In this document: piece by piece, positions 19,250-29,378 of the stretch
Layout of the letters: every line of letters starts with the position of its first letter
Numbering within the stretch: the first letter of the stretch is position 1
Source of the DNA: Synechococcus sp.
GTDB taxonomy: Bacteria > Cyanobacteriota > Cyanobacteriia > Thermostichales > PCC-7336
DNA length: 64,000 nucleotides
Direction of reading: 5' to 3'
NCBI GenBank assembly: GCA_051439425.1
Contig: JBFRWD010000110.1
Coordinates: 28,601 to 92,600 of the forward strand
Notes under the pieces: generated by a model
Seen by the model: the letters and a program-made list of their open reading frames with translations, nothing else
What the model was told of the DNA's origin: nothing
Databases searched by the model: none
Program-made: the position numbers and the translations under genes

Positions 19250-20383
19250 ATGAACGACACTCATTCCACCACACAAATGGCTGGTCGCAAGCACGGCGGT
19301 AACCTACAAGCGGCTGCCGCGATCGCCAATTGCGCCCCTGAAGACATCCTGGACTTTTCCGCTAGTATCAATCCCCTCGGTCCCCCCCAGTCGGTGTGGA
19401 CGGCGATCGCTGATGCGCGTGATGCTGTCATTCGCTATCCCGATCCCGATTGCGTGCGACTGAGGCAGACTCTTTCCCATCACTATGGCGTCAACACCGA
19501 TTGGATCGTTCCCGGAAACGGGGCTGCCGAGTTATTCACGTGGGCAGCCCGGAGCTGTGCCCGATTAGGCACTACCCTCATTCCACAACCAGCATTTTCC
19601 GATTACGCTCGCGCACTGGATGCGATTAATGCTTCGTGGGAAGGACTATCCTGCTGGATCGAGCCCACTGGCAAGGTTGCAGATTTAGGTGTAGCGATCC
19701 GCGATCGCCTCTCCAAGCCCGATCCACCCAGCTGTTTAATTCTGACCAACCCCCACAATCCCACCGGTCACTTGTGGACGATCGCCGAATTAGAACACAT
19801 CGTTCCGCACTTTCAATTAGTGGTTCTGGACGAAGCGTTTATGGAGTTTGTTCAACCCAGCCAGTCGTTGCTGGCTTGGATCGAGCGCTATCCCCAACTT
19901 GTCATTGTGCGATCGCTGACCAAGTTCTACGCAATCCCCGGACTACGGATTGGTTTTGCCGTGACCCACCCAGACCGAGGGCAACAATGGCAGCGGTGGC
20001 GCGATCCGTGGTCGGTGAATGGGCTAGCAATAGAGGCAGCCGCCGCTGCACTGCAGGACAGTGCCTTTCAGCAGCGAACCCTAGAGTGGTTACCACCAGC
20101 TCGACAACAACTCCGCCAGCAAATCAACAACATAGAAGGGTGTTGGGCAAAAGAGAGTAACACGAATTTCCTGTTAGTCAAAACAACTCTGTCGGCCAGT
20201 CAACTACAGGAAAAGCTGTTAAAAAAGCATCGCATCTTAATTCGAGACTGCTTGAGTTTTCGCCATCTTGGGGATCGATATTTTAGAGCGGCTATTCGCA
20301 CTACCATTGAGAATATAAAACTTGTGCGATCGTTACATCTGGAGACATCCCCTTCGTCCGGACAAGCAACCATTTCTGAGTGA
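19250..20383 (+). CDS. cobD: Threonine-phosphate decarboxylase (cobalamin biosynthesis)
   Basis: HGGN, DFSASINPLGPP, GNGAAEL, NPHNPTG, DEAF and RSLTKFYAIPGLRIG. Confidence 0.9.
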   Translation: MNDTHSTTQMAGRKHGGNLQAAAAIANCAPEDILDFSASINPLGPPQSVWTAIADARDAVIRYPDPDCVRLRQTLSHHYGVNTDWIVPGNGAAELFTWAARSCARLGTTLIPQPAFSDYARALDAINASWEGLSCWIEPTGKVADLGVAIRDRLSKPDPPSCLILTNPHNPTGHLWTIAELEHIVPHFQLVVLDEAFMEFVQPSQSLLAWIERYPQLVIVRSLTKFYAIPGLRIGFAVTHPDRGQQWQRWRDPWSVNGLAIEAAAAALQDSAFQQRTLEWLPPARQQLRQQINNIEGCWAKESNTNFLLVKTTLSASQLQEKLLKKHRILIRDCLSFRHLGDRYFRAAIRTTIENIKLVRSLHLETSPSSGQATISE

Positions 20384-20484
20384 GCGTCTGGAGCCAGCCC
20401 AACCACACCAATACCCGCGCTGTATCAAATGAAATGCGCTAACTCGGTGGTACGATTTCATCGGAAGAGAATCGGAGAATCAAC

Positions 20485-21174
20485 ATGACCGCTACTGTGA
20501 TGGTCGTTGATGACGAATCGTTGATTCGTGAAACCGTAGCTTTAGCACTGGACGAGCAGGGATATGACGTTGTAGAGGCTAGCGATGGCCGACAAGCTTT
20601 GGATTTGGTGCATCAGGGACGTCAAGTAGACTTGGTGATTCTAGATTTGATGCTGCCTAGTTTGAACGGACTGGATGTCTGCCGCTTGTTGAGGAACGAA
20701 GGCAACGGCGTTCCGATCATCATGCTGACAGCGAAGGATACAGAAATGGATCGAGTGGTCGGCCTGGAATTAGGGGCTGACGATTACGTTACCAAGCCCT
20801 TTGGCATCCGCGAATTGGTGGCTCGCTGCCGCTCGGTGCTGCGTCGCCAACATCAGCCTGCGCAATCAAGTGCCGAGGCAGTTCTGCGATTCGGAGATGT
20901 TTGGCTGCATCCGCAGGAATGTCGCGTCAAGGTGCGTGGCACTGAAGTCAGCTTTTCCCCCAAAGAGTTCCGCATACTGGAACTGTTCATGAGACATCCA
21001 CGTCGAGTGTGGTCACGCGAGCAGTTACTGGAGAAGATTTGGGGGCCAGATTTTATTGGTGATAGCAAGACCGTTGACGTTCACATCCGTTGGCTGCGGG
21101 AAAAGTTAGAGATTGACCCCAGTTCTCCCGAATATCTCGTAACAGTACGGGGATTTGGATACCGATTTGGGTAA
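20485..21174 (+). CDS. sphR: OmpR-family response regulator, SphR/PhoB-like
   Basis: Receiver domain (VVDD, LDLML, TKPF) plus winged HTH with RVWSREQLLEKIWGPDFIGDSKTVDVHIRWLREK. Confidence 0.7.
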   Translation: MTATVMVVDDESLIRETVALALDEQGYDVVEASDGRQALDLVHQGRQVDLVILDLMLPSLNGLDVCRLLRNEGNGVPIIMLTAKDTEMDRVVGLELGADDYVTKPFGIRELVARCRSVLRRQHQPAQSSAEAVLRFGDVWLHPQECRVKVRGTEVSFSPKEFRILELFMRHPRRVWSREQLLEKIWGPDFIGDSKTVDVHIRWLREKLEIDPSSPEYLVTVRGFGYRFG

Positions 21175-21528
21175 GAGCTTAGTTAGTTGGCGATCGCCAT
21201 ATCCGAAAAAGCTTCCCCTTCCATCACCGTGAATCAGTGCCAACTGGAATATCCAATCAAGAGAAAAATAGGACGATCGCTGCATTTGGCCTCTGCCAAC
21301 GTATCGGGAGTCCACGGCCACCAATCAAACGCAAATCGACACGGGAAACACCCTTGACCGCGATCTCAGAATTATCAGCACAAGAGTGAAATGCAATCGT
21401 CAAATATAGGCTTGGGCCTATTCTTCAACAGGAATTCTAAGGAAAACACCTCTGGCTCTGACTCGTAGGTAGCTTTTGTTATAAGCTGATCCAGATATTA
21501 CGGGCCGTTTACCTAGGGGAAATCCACG

Positions 21529-22554
21529 ATGCGTATGAAGCTAGCGCTATCTTGCCTTGCTGCCCTTTCTGCCTCGTTCGCCCTTAACAGCGCGCTCGTC
21601 CCGACTCTTCCCGGCACATCGTCTAATGGCCGTTATGGCGGAATCGCATACGCTCAATCGACAACCACCGAGCGTTTGAGAGTCGCAGTATTGGATTTCG
21701 ACTTTAGCCCTACCAATTCTTCCTCATTATGGGCCGGTGGAGCCAGAGGAGTGAACGAGCTGCTCGTCAATAAATTGGTTCAGGATGGCACTTATTCTGT
21801 TATCGAGCGCAGCCGCATCAATGCCATTCTGGCCGAGCAAGATTTAGGTGCTAGTGGACGTGTCGATGCCAGTACCGCAGCCGAAATCGGTCGCATCTTG
21901 GGAGTTGAGGCCGTAATATTTGGCACCGTGACCGAGTTTGCGGTCGATCGCCAGTCCTCCAGTGGGTCAGTTGGCTTTTTTGGCGTGACGGCTGGCACGG
22001 ATTCAGAAAAGGCCAACGTTCGCCTTAATGCCCGCATGGTCAGCACCAATACGGCAGAAATTTTAGCGGTAGCAGAAGGGACAGGAGCCGCCGACCAGTC
22101 CGACACCAGCGTCTTTATTTTGGGCACTGGCGGAGGGTCCTCCACCGATAACACCGAACGTCTATTGAGTGCAGCGTCCGAGCAGGCGATCGATCAAGTG
22201 GTTGTCGAACTGGTTGGAGCCTCAGACAGCCTGGCTGCATTACCCGCTGCCCTCCCTGATGTGGAAGCGATTGTGGCCGATGTGTTTGGCAGCGAAGTGG
22301 TCTTCAATAAGGGAGCCAGTGATGGGTTGCAAGAAGGAATGGTGCTGACGGTTGAAACCGTTGTAAGGGAAGTAACCGACCCCCAAACCGGAGATGTCAT
22401 TCGCCGCGTCACTCAACCCTCTGGCCGAGTAGAACTGACAGACGTTGACGCAGGCTCTAGCCTGGGCCGCATTATGTCTGGCTCGATGGAAGTGGGGGAT
22501 GTGGCCACTGTTTCTGATGAAGAAGCGCCCCCTAATCTACTTGACCTCCAATAA
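21529..22554 (+). CDS. CsgG/HfaB-family exported protein
   Basis: RVAVLDFDF, YSVIERSRINAILAEQDLG and AAEIGRILGV, plus a C-terminal FlgT-like beta domain. Confidence 0.85.
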   Translation: MRMKLALSCLAALSASFALNSALVPTLPGTSSNGRYGGIAYAQSTTTERLRVAVLDFDFSPTNSSSLWAGGARGVNELLVNKLVQDGTYSVIERSRINAILAEQDLGASGRVDASTAAEIGRILGVEAVIFGTVTEFAVDRQSSSGSVGFFGVTAGTDSEKANVRLNARMVSTNTAEILAVAEGTGAADQSDTSVFILGTGGGSSTDNTERLLSAASEQAIDQVVVELVGASDSLAALPAALPDVEAIVADVFGSEVVFNKGASDGLQEGMVLTVETVVREVTDPQTGDVIRRVTQPSGRVELTDVDAGSSLGRIMSGSMEVGDVATVSDEEAPPNLLDLQ

Positions 22555-22770
22555 ACAGGGCACCTAGCAACCGAGAAGCACACAATTGAACGGATGTCTT
22601 GCAAGAGGGTCGAGACAATTGGCTTTCCTACATTGGAACAGAATCGACCCCCTCAGAATAGTGTTTGGGAGTAGAGTCCTTAGAGTTGAGGGAACCCCAG
22701 TAGCTCTTGACTCCCACGGGCTCCGCACAATTCGCTACAGTATAGACCCAGCCTCTTTCTGCGATCGCCC

Positions 22771-23736
22771 GTGTTTGCTTCCACTCTCAAGCCTTCAACA
22801 AAACCTGCTATTCCTAGCGATCTGAACTCCGCGATCCTCGACCTCAAGCAGGAACTCAATGCTGTCATTTTGGCTCACTACTACCAGGAGCCAGAGATAC
22901 AGGATATCGCTGACTACATCGGCGATTCGCTAGGGTTATCTCGCCAAGCAGCCAATACGGATGCCGAGGTGATTGTATTCGCTGGGGTTCATTTCATGGC
23001 AGAGACGGCAAAAATCCTCAATCCCGATAAGCAAGTCCTCTTACCCGATTTAGAGGCTGGCTGTTCCCTCGCCGATAGTTGTCCCCCAAACGAATTCGCA
23101 GCCTTCAAAGCTGCCCACCCCGATCATATTGTTATTTCCTACATCAACTGCACGGCGGACATTAAAGCACTCAGCGACATCATTTGCACCAGCTCGAATG
23201 CAGTCAATATTGTTCGACAGATTCCTACCGAGCAACCCATTATTTTTGCCCCCGATCGCAACTTAGGTCGATATGTGGCCGAGCAGACAGGGCGAGATTT
23301 AGTGTTGTGGGATGGCAGTTGCATCGTTCACGAAACGTTCTCCGAAAAGAAAATCATTGAACTCAAACTGGAGCATCCGCAAGCGGAGACTCTTGCCCAT
23401 CCTGAATGCGAGACACCTGTCCTACAGCTAGCAAACTTTATCGGTTCCACCACCGCATTGCTCAATTATTGCCAGACAAGCGATGCTCCAGAATTCATCG
23501 TGGCAACCGAGCCCGGTATCATCCATCAAATGGAGAAAACCGTTCCCAACAAACGATTTATCCCAGCACCTCCCCAAAACGAAACCTGTGCCTGTAATGA
23601 ATGTCCGTTCATGCGTCTGAATACGCTTGAGAAGCTCTATTTATGCATGAAAAACCGTACTCCCGAAGTAGACGTGCCCGAGCCCACCCGCCAGAAAGCA
23701 TTAATTCCCATCCAGCGAATGCTCGACATGAGTTGA
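22771..23736 (+). CDS. nadA: Quinolinate synthase
   Basis: ILAHYYQ, GVHFMAE, AGCSLA, SYINC, CIVHE, AHPEC and CPFM. Confidence 0.97.
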   Translation: MFASTLKPSTKPAIPSDLNSAILDLKQELNAVILAHYYQEPEIQDIADYIGDSLGLSRQAANTDAEVIVFAGVHFMAETAKILNPDKQVLLPDLEAGCSLADSCPPNEFAAFKAAHPDHIVISYINCTADIKALSDIICTSSNAVNIVRQIPTEQPIIFAPDRNLGRYVAEQTGRDLVLWDGSCIVHETFSEKKIIELKLEHPQAETLAHPECETPVLQLANFIGSTTALLNYCQTSDAPEFIVATEPGIIHQMEKTVPNKRFIPAPPQNETCACNECPFMRLNTLEKLYLCMKNRTPEVDVPEPTRQKALIPIQRMLDMS

Positions 23737-24089
23737 GGCAGGAAACTTCACGCGATAGAAAACGAGACAGACACCTAAAGACCTTTAGAAATCTTGACAT
23801 TCAGTCAATCATGAATGTTCTGCACAACTAATCTACATAGCCCCTGGCTTCTAATTAGTTGACAGCATACTATTTGTTGTAGGGAAATTACACTCCTCTC
23901 TCTGTACTTGTCCTAGATCGCCAATTTCTATAACCAAGCCAAGTATGCTTGGCGCTAATTGACGCCACCTTTTCTGGGAACTTGCAACGTTGTTGACGTC
24001 GCAAACACCACTGATTCCCTGTATTAATAGCTTCACCAGAATTCAGGAATTTTCTCTATGACACCGGTGCAAGCTCTGAACAGTTTCGA

Positions 24090-26900
24090 TTGGCAGTACG
24101 AGATCAAATCTTGTCGATGTCAAAAATAACATCCCCTTTCCACGCAGTAAAAATTCCGTTGCAGCTGATTCTAGTTGCCCCTTTCCTGCTACAAATCGGA
24201 CTGGTGGTTGGAGTGACGGCATGGATTTCGGTGCGTAACGGCCAGAGAGCCGTTAACGAACTGGCTAGTCAATTGCGGAACGAGGTAGGGAAACGAGTCG
24301 AGCAAACTCTAGGCGATCGCCTCAATATGGCTCGGGTCGTGACCCAAATCAATGCCGACGGTATTCGCCTCGGTAATTTAAATCTGGACGATCGCGCAGC
24401 GGCCACCAAGTATCTGCTCGCGCAACAACAGCTGTTTTCCAGACTGAGCGGCATCACAATTGCCACAGAGGAACCCAACTACATGGGATTGGCGGTGACT
24501 GATGATGGCACAAATATATTGACAGTATGGAATCATTACGATGCAGGAGTTATTGACTACAACCTGAATTCTGGTGGGGAAATCGAGTCGATTTCGAAAG
24601 TTGATACAGACTACGATCACCGGCAGCGTCCTTGGTACCGAGCAGCCTTCGCTGAAGGCCAGCCTGTTTGGCAAGCTCCTTACTTAACAGTGAATCCCGC
24701 CCGGTTAGTGGTCTCGTTCGAACGCCCATTGCATGACTCGTTTGGAAATATTCAAGGGGTAACCGATGCAGAGCTGTCGCTGACAGATATCAGCGATTTT
24801 TTACGTGGCTTGAATATCGGACAAACCGGGACTGTGTTTGTTGTGGAAAACAACGGGAATCTCATTGCTAGCTCCACTGCTCAACGTCCTTTCAAAATCG
24901 ATCCTGAAACCGATCGTCCAGAACGTCTGCCAGCAATTGAAAGTCCTGACGATCCCATCCGTGAAACTGTCCGCAGCATTACCGAGCGACTTGGCAGTCT
25001 TGAGGATATTCACGAAGTACAGCAGATAGACTTCAAACTGGACGGCGAGCGACAATACGTTCAGGTCACTCCCTTTCTGCTCGAACCCGGACTGAGCTGG
25101 TCGATCGTGATTTCAGTCCCGCAATCAGAGTTTCTAGGCACGATCCAAGACAATACGAGAGCAACTGTTTTACTCTGCCTGATTGCGTTAGCAATCGCCA
25201 GTAGCACCGGAATTTTTACGTCTCGCCTACTCGTAAAACCCATCAGTCGAATTACACGCGCAGCACAAATACTGTCTCAAGGAAGTCAATATCCTAGTGT
25301 TCCGGAGCCACGCACAAAAGAACTGGCATCTCTGGCTAAAACGTTCAACCAAATGGCGAGGCAAATCCAGGATTCGTTTGCGGCTCTAGAATACAATTCC
25401 CTCCACGATCCGCTGACAGGACTCTTTAATCGCACTGCATTGCAGTCCTACTTACAAGCAGCTATTGACCGCAATCGGGCCCGGCAAGAAGCGGCAATTC
25501 GTAAGATCGATTGTCAAGTCTTAAATACTCTAAAGAGCAATAACTTAACAACACCCGAGCCAAAAAGGAACAGTCAACAGAAAAGTCACGTAGGTGTGCA
25601 AAAGTCGGAAGAGTTGATTGACAAATTAAATCCTGAAAGCATTCAACAGTTTAACACTATCAACAATGACGTCTCGACGTTTGCTGTATTGATTCTAGAT
25701 TTAGACAATTTCAAGCTTGTCAATGATAGCTTCGGCCATCTATTTGGAGATCGATTACTGCTAGAGACAGCGAGAAGATTACAAGACTGTCTATCAGACC
25801 ACAGCTCTCCATCGGTTCAAAATCAGTGTACTATTTCTAGGTTTGGAGGAGATGAATTTGTCATTCTGATTCGTCAGGTTTCCAATCTTGACAGTGTTAA
25901 CCAAGTTGCCAATCAAATATTGTCTTCATTCGAAACACCATTCAATTTGGATGGCATTGAGATATTTATGGGCACTAGTATTGGAGTTGCGATTAGTACG
26001 ATCGGCGGAGATAGCCCAGAACGCTATCTGCGTAATGCGGATATTGCCTTATATCGCGCCAAGAATAGTGGCAAGGCTACGTTCCAAGTTTTTTCTCCAG
26101 ACATGTACCCTGCCGCCTTAGATCGATTACAACTGGGCAATGACTTAAGACGTGCCCTGCAGCAAAGCGAGCTAGAGCTTTACTATCAACCCATCATTGA
26201 CCTGAATACCAGTCAAATCACCTCGTTCGAAGCTTTAATGCGCTGGAATCATCCCAAACGAGGCCAAATATCACCTGCAGAATTTATCCCAATTGCAGAA
26301 GATACCGGATTGATTGTGGAGCTAGATTGGTGGGCTTTACAACAGGCATGCAATCAACTCAAGCAATGGCAGCAATATGAAGGGTATAGCCACATTGAAA
26401 TATGCGTCAATTTATCGAGCAAGCAGTTTTCCCAAAGAGACTTCTTAGAGCAAATCCAGAAAACCTTGGATGAAACGCAACTAAACCCACATTATCTAAA
26501 ACTTGAAATCACTGAAAGTATTTATATGAAATCGGCGATCGCGACAGAAAGAAAGCTAAAACAGCTGAAGGACTTTGGTGTTCAGCTCAGTATTGATGAC
26601 TTTGGGACGGGATATTCAGCACTTAGCTACCTATATCGTTTTCCGATCGATACATTGAAGATAGATCGGTCGTTTATCCATGGTTTAGAGCGGGTCGATG
26701 ACAGTTCGGCAATTGTTGAATCAATACTTCTTTTAGGCGAAAGGTTAGGATTAGACTTGGTTGCAGAAGGTGTCGAAACGCGCGAACAGGCCGAGTGGTT
26801 AAAGAAGAAAGGGTGTAATACAGTGCAAGGATATCTCTATTCCCCGCCTCGACCTGCCAAGCAAATCGATAAACTACTTATTGGAACTATGTCCTTATGA
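24090..26900 (+). CDS. Cache-HAMP-GGDEF-EAL signalling protein
   Basis: TM helix, Cache domain (YDHRQRPWY), second TM helix, HAMP, HDPLTGLFNR, SRFGGDEF, FEALMRW and IDDFGTGYS; start uncertain. Confidence 0.93.
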   Translation: MAVRDQILSMSKITSPFHAVKIPLQLILVAPFLLQIGLVVGVTAWISVRNGQRAVNELASQLRNEVGKRVEQTLGDRLNMARVVTQINADGIRLGNLNLDDRAAATKYLLAQQQLFSRLSGITIATEEPNYMGLAVTDDGTNILTVWNHYDAGVIDYNLNSGGEIESISKVDTDYDHRQRPWYRAAFAEGQPVWQAPYLTVNPARLVVSFERPLHDSFGNIQGVTDAELSLTDISDFLRGLNIGQTGTVFVVENNGNLIASSTAQRPFKIDPETDRPERLPAIESPDDPIRETVRSITERLGSLEDIHEVQQIDFKLDGERQYVQVTPFLLEPGLSWSIVISVPQSEFLGTIQDNTRATVLLCLIALAIASSTGIFTSRLLVKPISRITRAAQILSQGSQYPSVPEPRTKELASLAKTFNQMARQIQDSFAALEYNSLHDPLTGLFNRTALQSYLQAAIDRNRARQEAAIRKIDCQVLNTLKSNNLTTPEPKRNSQQKSHVGVQKSEELIDKLNPESIQQFNTINNDVSTFAVLILDLDNFKLVNDSFGHLFGDRLLLETARRLQDCLSDHSSPSVQNQCTISRFGGDEFVILIRQVSNLDSVNQVANQILSSFETPFNLDGIEIFMGTSIGVAISTIGGDSPERYLRNADIALYRAKNSGKATFQVFSPDMYPAALDRLQLGNDLRRALQQSELELYYQPIIDLNTSQITSFEALMRWNHPKRGQISPAEFIPIAEDTGLIVELDWWALQQACNQLKQWQQYEGYSHIEICVNLSSKQFSQRDFLEQIQKTLDETQLNPHYLKLEITESIYMKSAIATERKLKQLKDFGVQLSIDDFGTGYSALSYLYRFPIDTLKIDRSFIHGLERVDDSSAIVESILLLGERLGLDLVAEGVETREQAEWLKKKGCNTVQGYLYSPPRPAKQIDKLLIGTMSL

Positions 26901-26978
26901 GGTGATACTTCGTCTAATCAACGGTAGGTAGTAGATTTAGAAACGCTCTTTTCGTAGATTGACGAAATTGACATGACT

Positions 26979-27073
26979 TCTAGCAGTGGCCATAACACTG
27001 CGGACATTTCAGCGATGTCCAGACCTAACTGCAATTGTAAACTTTCGTCCTAACTGAAATGGCAAAAACTATA
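26979..27073 (-). repeat. ~95-bp dispersed MITE-like repeat, copy B
   Basis: Reverse complement reads TATAGTTTTTGCCATTTCAGTTAGGAC...GGACATCGCTGAAATGTCCGCAGTGTTATGGCCACTGCTAGA. Confidence 0.85.
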
Positions 27074-27089
27074 TTGTCTAAGCATAAAC

Positions 27090-27123
27090 AAAAAATGCCG
27101 CTCCCCGTTAGAGCGGCATTTTC
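27090..27123 (-). terminator. Intrinsic terminator, possibly bidirectional
   Basis: AAAATGCCGCTC-7nt-GAGCGGCATTTT perfect stem with A/T tracts on both sides, between convergent genes. Confidence 0.85.
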
Positions 27124-27156
27124 AATTTCAATAACGTCTATCGACTTGCGAAACCA

Positions 27157-27444
27157 TTATTCGGGGCTGGTGGAGGACAGATCCTGAATCCGCTGAATAA
27201 AGTCACGTCTTGAGGACGATCGAGTAGACGTGACAGGGGAGTCAGACGCGATTTCAACAGCAGAAATCTGACGCTCGCGATCGGCAACAAAGCTGCGGCT
27301 AATTCCGTTTTCAGGACTGGTGGAACGAAGTTCGGCCAATCGTCCTACAATCCCGGCAGAAGCTGGAGCTACAGACAGTACAGTTGCACCAGTCATCGCA
27401 ACGGCTACTAGCAATAGTGTTTTGGAAATTCGCATTGTGACCAC
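27157..27444 (-). CDS. Small secreted hypothetical protein
   Basis: Signal peptide ending APASA, internal repeat L.STSPE, and a strong terminator downstream. Confidence 0.7.
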   Translation of the reverse strand: MVTMRISKTLLLVAVAMTGATVLSVAPASAGIVGRLAELRSTSPENGISRSFVADRERQISAVEIASDSPVTSTRSSSRRDFIQRIQDLSSTSPE

Positions 27445-27752
27445 CTAGAAATGTTGTCGATACTCAATGCCTTAATGCGGTAGCAGAGACTCCAAATGTT
27501 GAGCTGCTGTAACAGGCGCTTCGAGTACGGTTCCTATTGAATGACCCCAGCCTGAGATTGGAATGGATACCGACCGGCAATCCCCTATGAATTAAATGAA
27601 TTTGAAATCATGCTTCACTCAGGGGTCTCTAATAGACGACTGGCGACGTGATGATGGGCCAACCGCAAGGCAAACTCTACTTGCCGTACTTCTCCGCAAA
27701 CCGACAAGCGACACGATTCAAGGTGGCATCCTAAGGTGGCAACTGATTAAAC

Positions 27753-28403
27753 TTATTGGACTCGGCAACGCTCGGCATATCGCCACCACAGATTCATGGG
27801 GAGATACACAGCCGGGGCCCATAGACTGGTAAGGATTGCTGAAATGAAGACTGAATTGCGATAGTTTGTCCAGATTGTCTCCAAAGATTGGCGCACCCAA
27901 TGTCCAAGGGCTTCATCCCACCCCAAAACAAGCGAGTGCTGACTAGCCAGTACGGTCTCGGCAATGATGACCATGCCAAAGACGAGCAGTGCAACAGTAA
28001 TAAACTCCTCTTTCACCGACCGCTGCTTGTTCAATAGGGATGTCATCCCTCCCACAATCGCAAATCCTACCGCATGTGTCGGTTGGTGATAGGTGATGGA
28101 ATCGTACAAAAAACCCATCACGGCTCCTGCCAGCACTCCCTGCCACAAGGGCCGACTGACGCTCCAGCAGACCACCCAAATTAGAGGCCAATTAGGTGTG
28201 ACCCCCGCTAGCACCATACCGGGCAGGCGTATCCAGCTCGCAAGAATACAGACAACAGCAGAGCCCGCAGTCACCAGCCAGTTACTGACCGACGCCATCA
28301 AAAGCCAGCTATTCGGAACTAGGCGATTTGAGATTCCCTTCGATGGGTGGGTTAGGGGGTTCATGTCCAAGGGCGATCGTTCTTCAGAAAGACTAGGCTT
28401 CAA
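27753..28403 (-). CDS. mreD: Rod shape-determining protein MreD
   Basis: Hydrophobic protein with the PNWPLIWVVCWS motif, downstream of mreC; start uncertain. Confidence 0.88.
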   Translation of the reverse strand: MKPSLSEERSPLDMNPLTHPSKGISNRLVPNSWLLMASVSNWLVTAGSAVVCILASWIRLPGMVLAGVTPNWPLIWVVCWSVSRPLWQGVLAGAVMGFLYDSITYHQPTHAVGFAIVGGMTSLLNKQRSVKEEFITVALLVFGMVIIAETVLASQHSLVLGWDEALGHWVRQSLETIWTNYRNSVFISAILTSLWAPAVYLPMNLWWRYAERCRVQ

Positions 28404-28408
28404 GCGAT

Positions 28409-29230
28409 TTACTCATCAGGAGGTTGATTTATAGTGGGGTCCCGATCGGTGGTTTCGAGGACAGGGGCAATAGGAACTTCGTTAGCTGTCTGAAAGCTGT
28501 AGATCAATGCCCATTCCAACCGATCGAGGGGAGCGAACAACTCGACAATGACTTCAGGCGCTGGGCTGGCCCTTAAGTCGAACGATTCTACTCGACCAAT
28601 GGGAATTCCTCCTGGGTACAAACTGCTGAGACTGGAAGATAAAACAGTTTCTCCCACATGAATATTGGGAGAGCGCTCCAACAGCTCAATAACAGCTCGC
28701 TGAGAACCCAGTCCGCGCATAATCCCTCTGGCTCGCGAGTCACCAAACGTAACGCCTAACTGACTGCTGGGGTCGCTAATCAATAGCACTCGACTAGTGT
28801 TAGGAGACACAGCATCCACCCGCCCCACCAACCCACCAGGAGCCATTACTACATCCCCCACCACTACCCCTTGATTGGTGCCCTTGCTGAGGGTGAATTG
28901 ATGCCACCAGCGATCGACAGAGCGGCCAATAACCTCAGCAGCCATGCCGTCATCACCTACTCGCCGTTGAATATCGAGCAGCTCTCGTAGTAAACGATTT
29001 TGAAACTCCAACTCACCGACTTGAGCTCGTAGCTCTCGATTGGCGGAGGAGGACAGTGCACTATCTAGATCGACTTTGGGGCGAAATGGGGCCGACAAGA
29101 GCGCATACACTTCAACCAACAGGCTGCCGTGAGTCTGGCGTACAACAAGAGCTGCACTGAGTGCTAGAACCGCTAACAAGGCCGGGACACCAACCCGACC
29201 CCAAAATCTGCGAGTTGAATCTAATGCCAT
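28409..29230 (-). CDS. mreC: Rod shape-determining protein MreC
   Basis: TM helix, coiled coil, AEVIGRS...WW...KG, GGLVGRV, SRVLLISD and YPGGIPIGRV; start trimmed to the ATG at 29230. Confidence 0.92.
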   Translation of the reverse strand: MALDSTRRFWGRVGVPALLAVLALSAALVVRQTHGSLLVEVYALLSAPFRPKVDLDSALSSSANRELRAQVGELEFQNRLLRELLDIQRRVGDDGMAAEVIGRSVDRWWHQFTLSKGTNQGVVVGDVVMAPGGLVGRVDAVSPNTSRVLLISDPSSQLGVTFGDSRARGIMRGLGSQRAVIELLERSPNIHVGETVLSSSLSSLYPGGIPIGRVESFDLRASPAPEVIVELFAPLDRLEWALIYSFQTANEVPIAPVLETTDRDPTINQPPDE

Positions 29231-29378
29231 TACTCTGGGAAGACCTTGGGTGGCGGGGACAACGCTGGAAAGGGAAGAAACAGATAGATATGGGTTAAAC
29301 GGCGAATAGATAAATGAGATGTTGGAGGGCTGAGAAGACAGAACAGAGAACAAAAAAGGCTGAAAATACCGAACCTCA

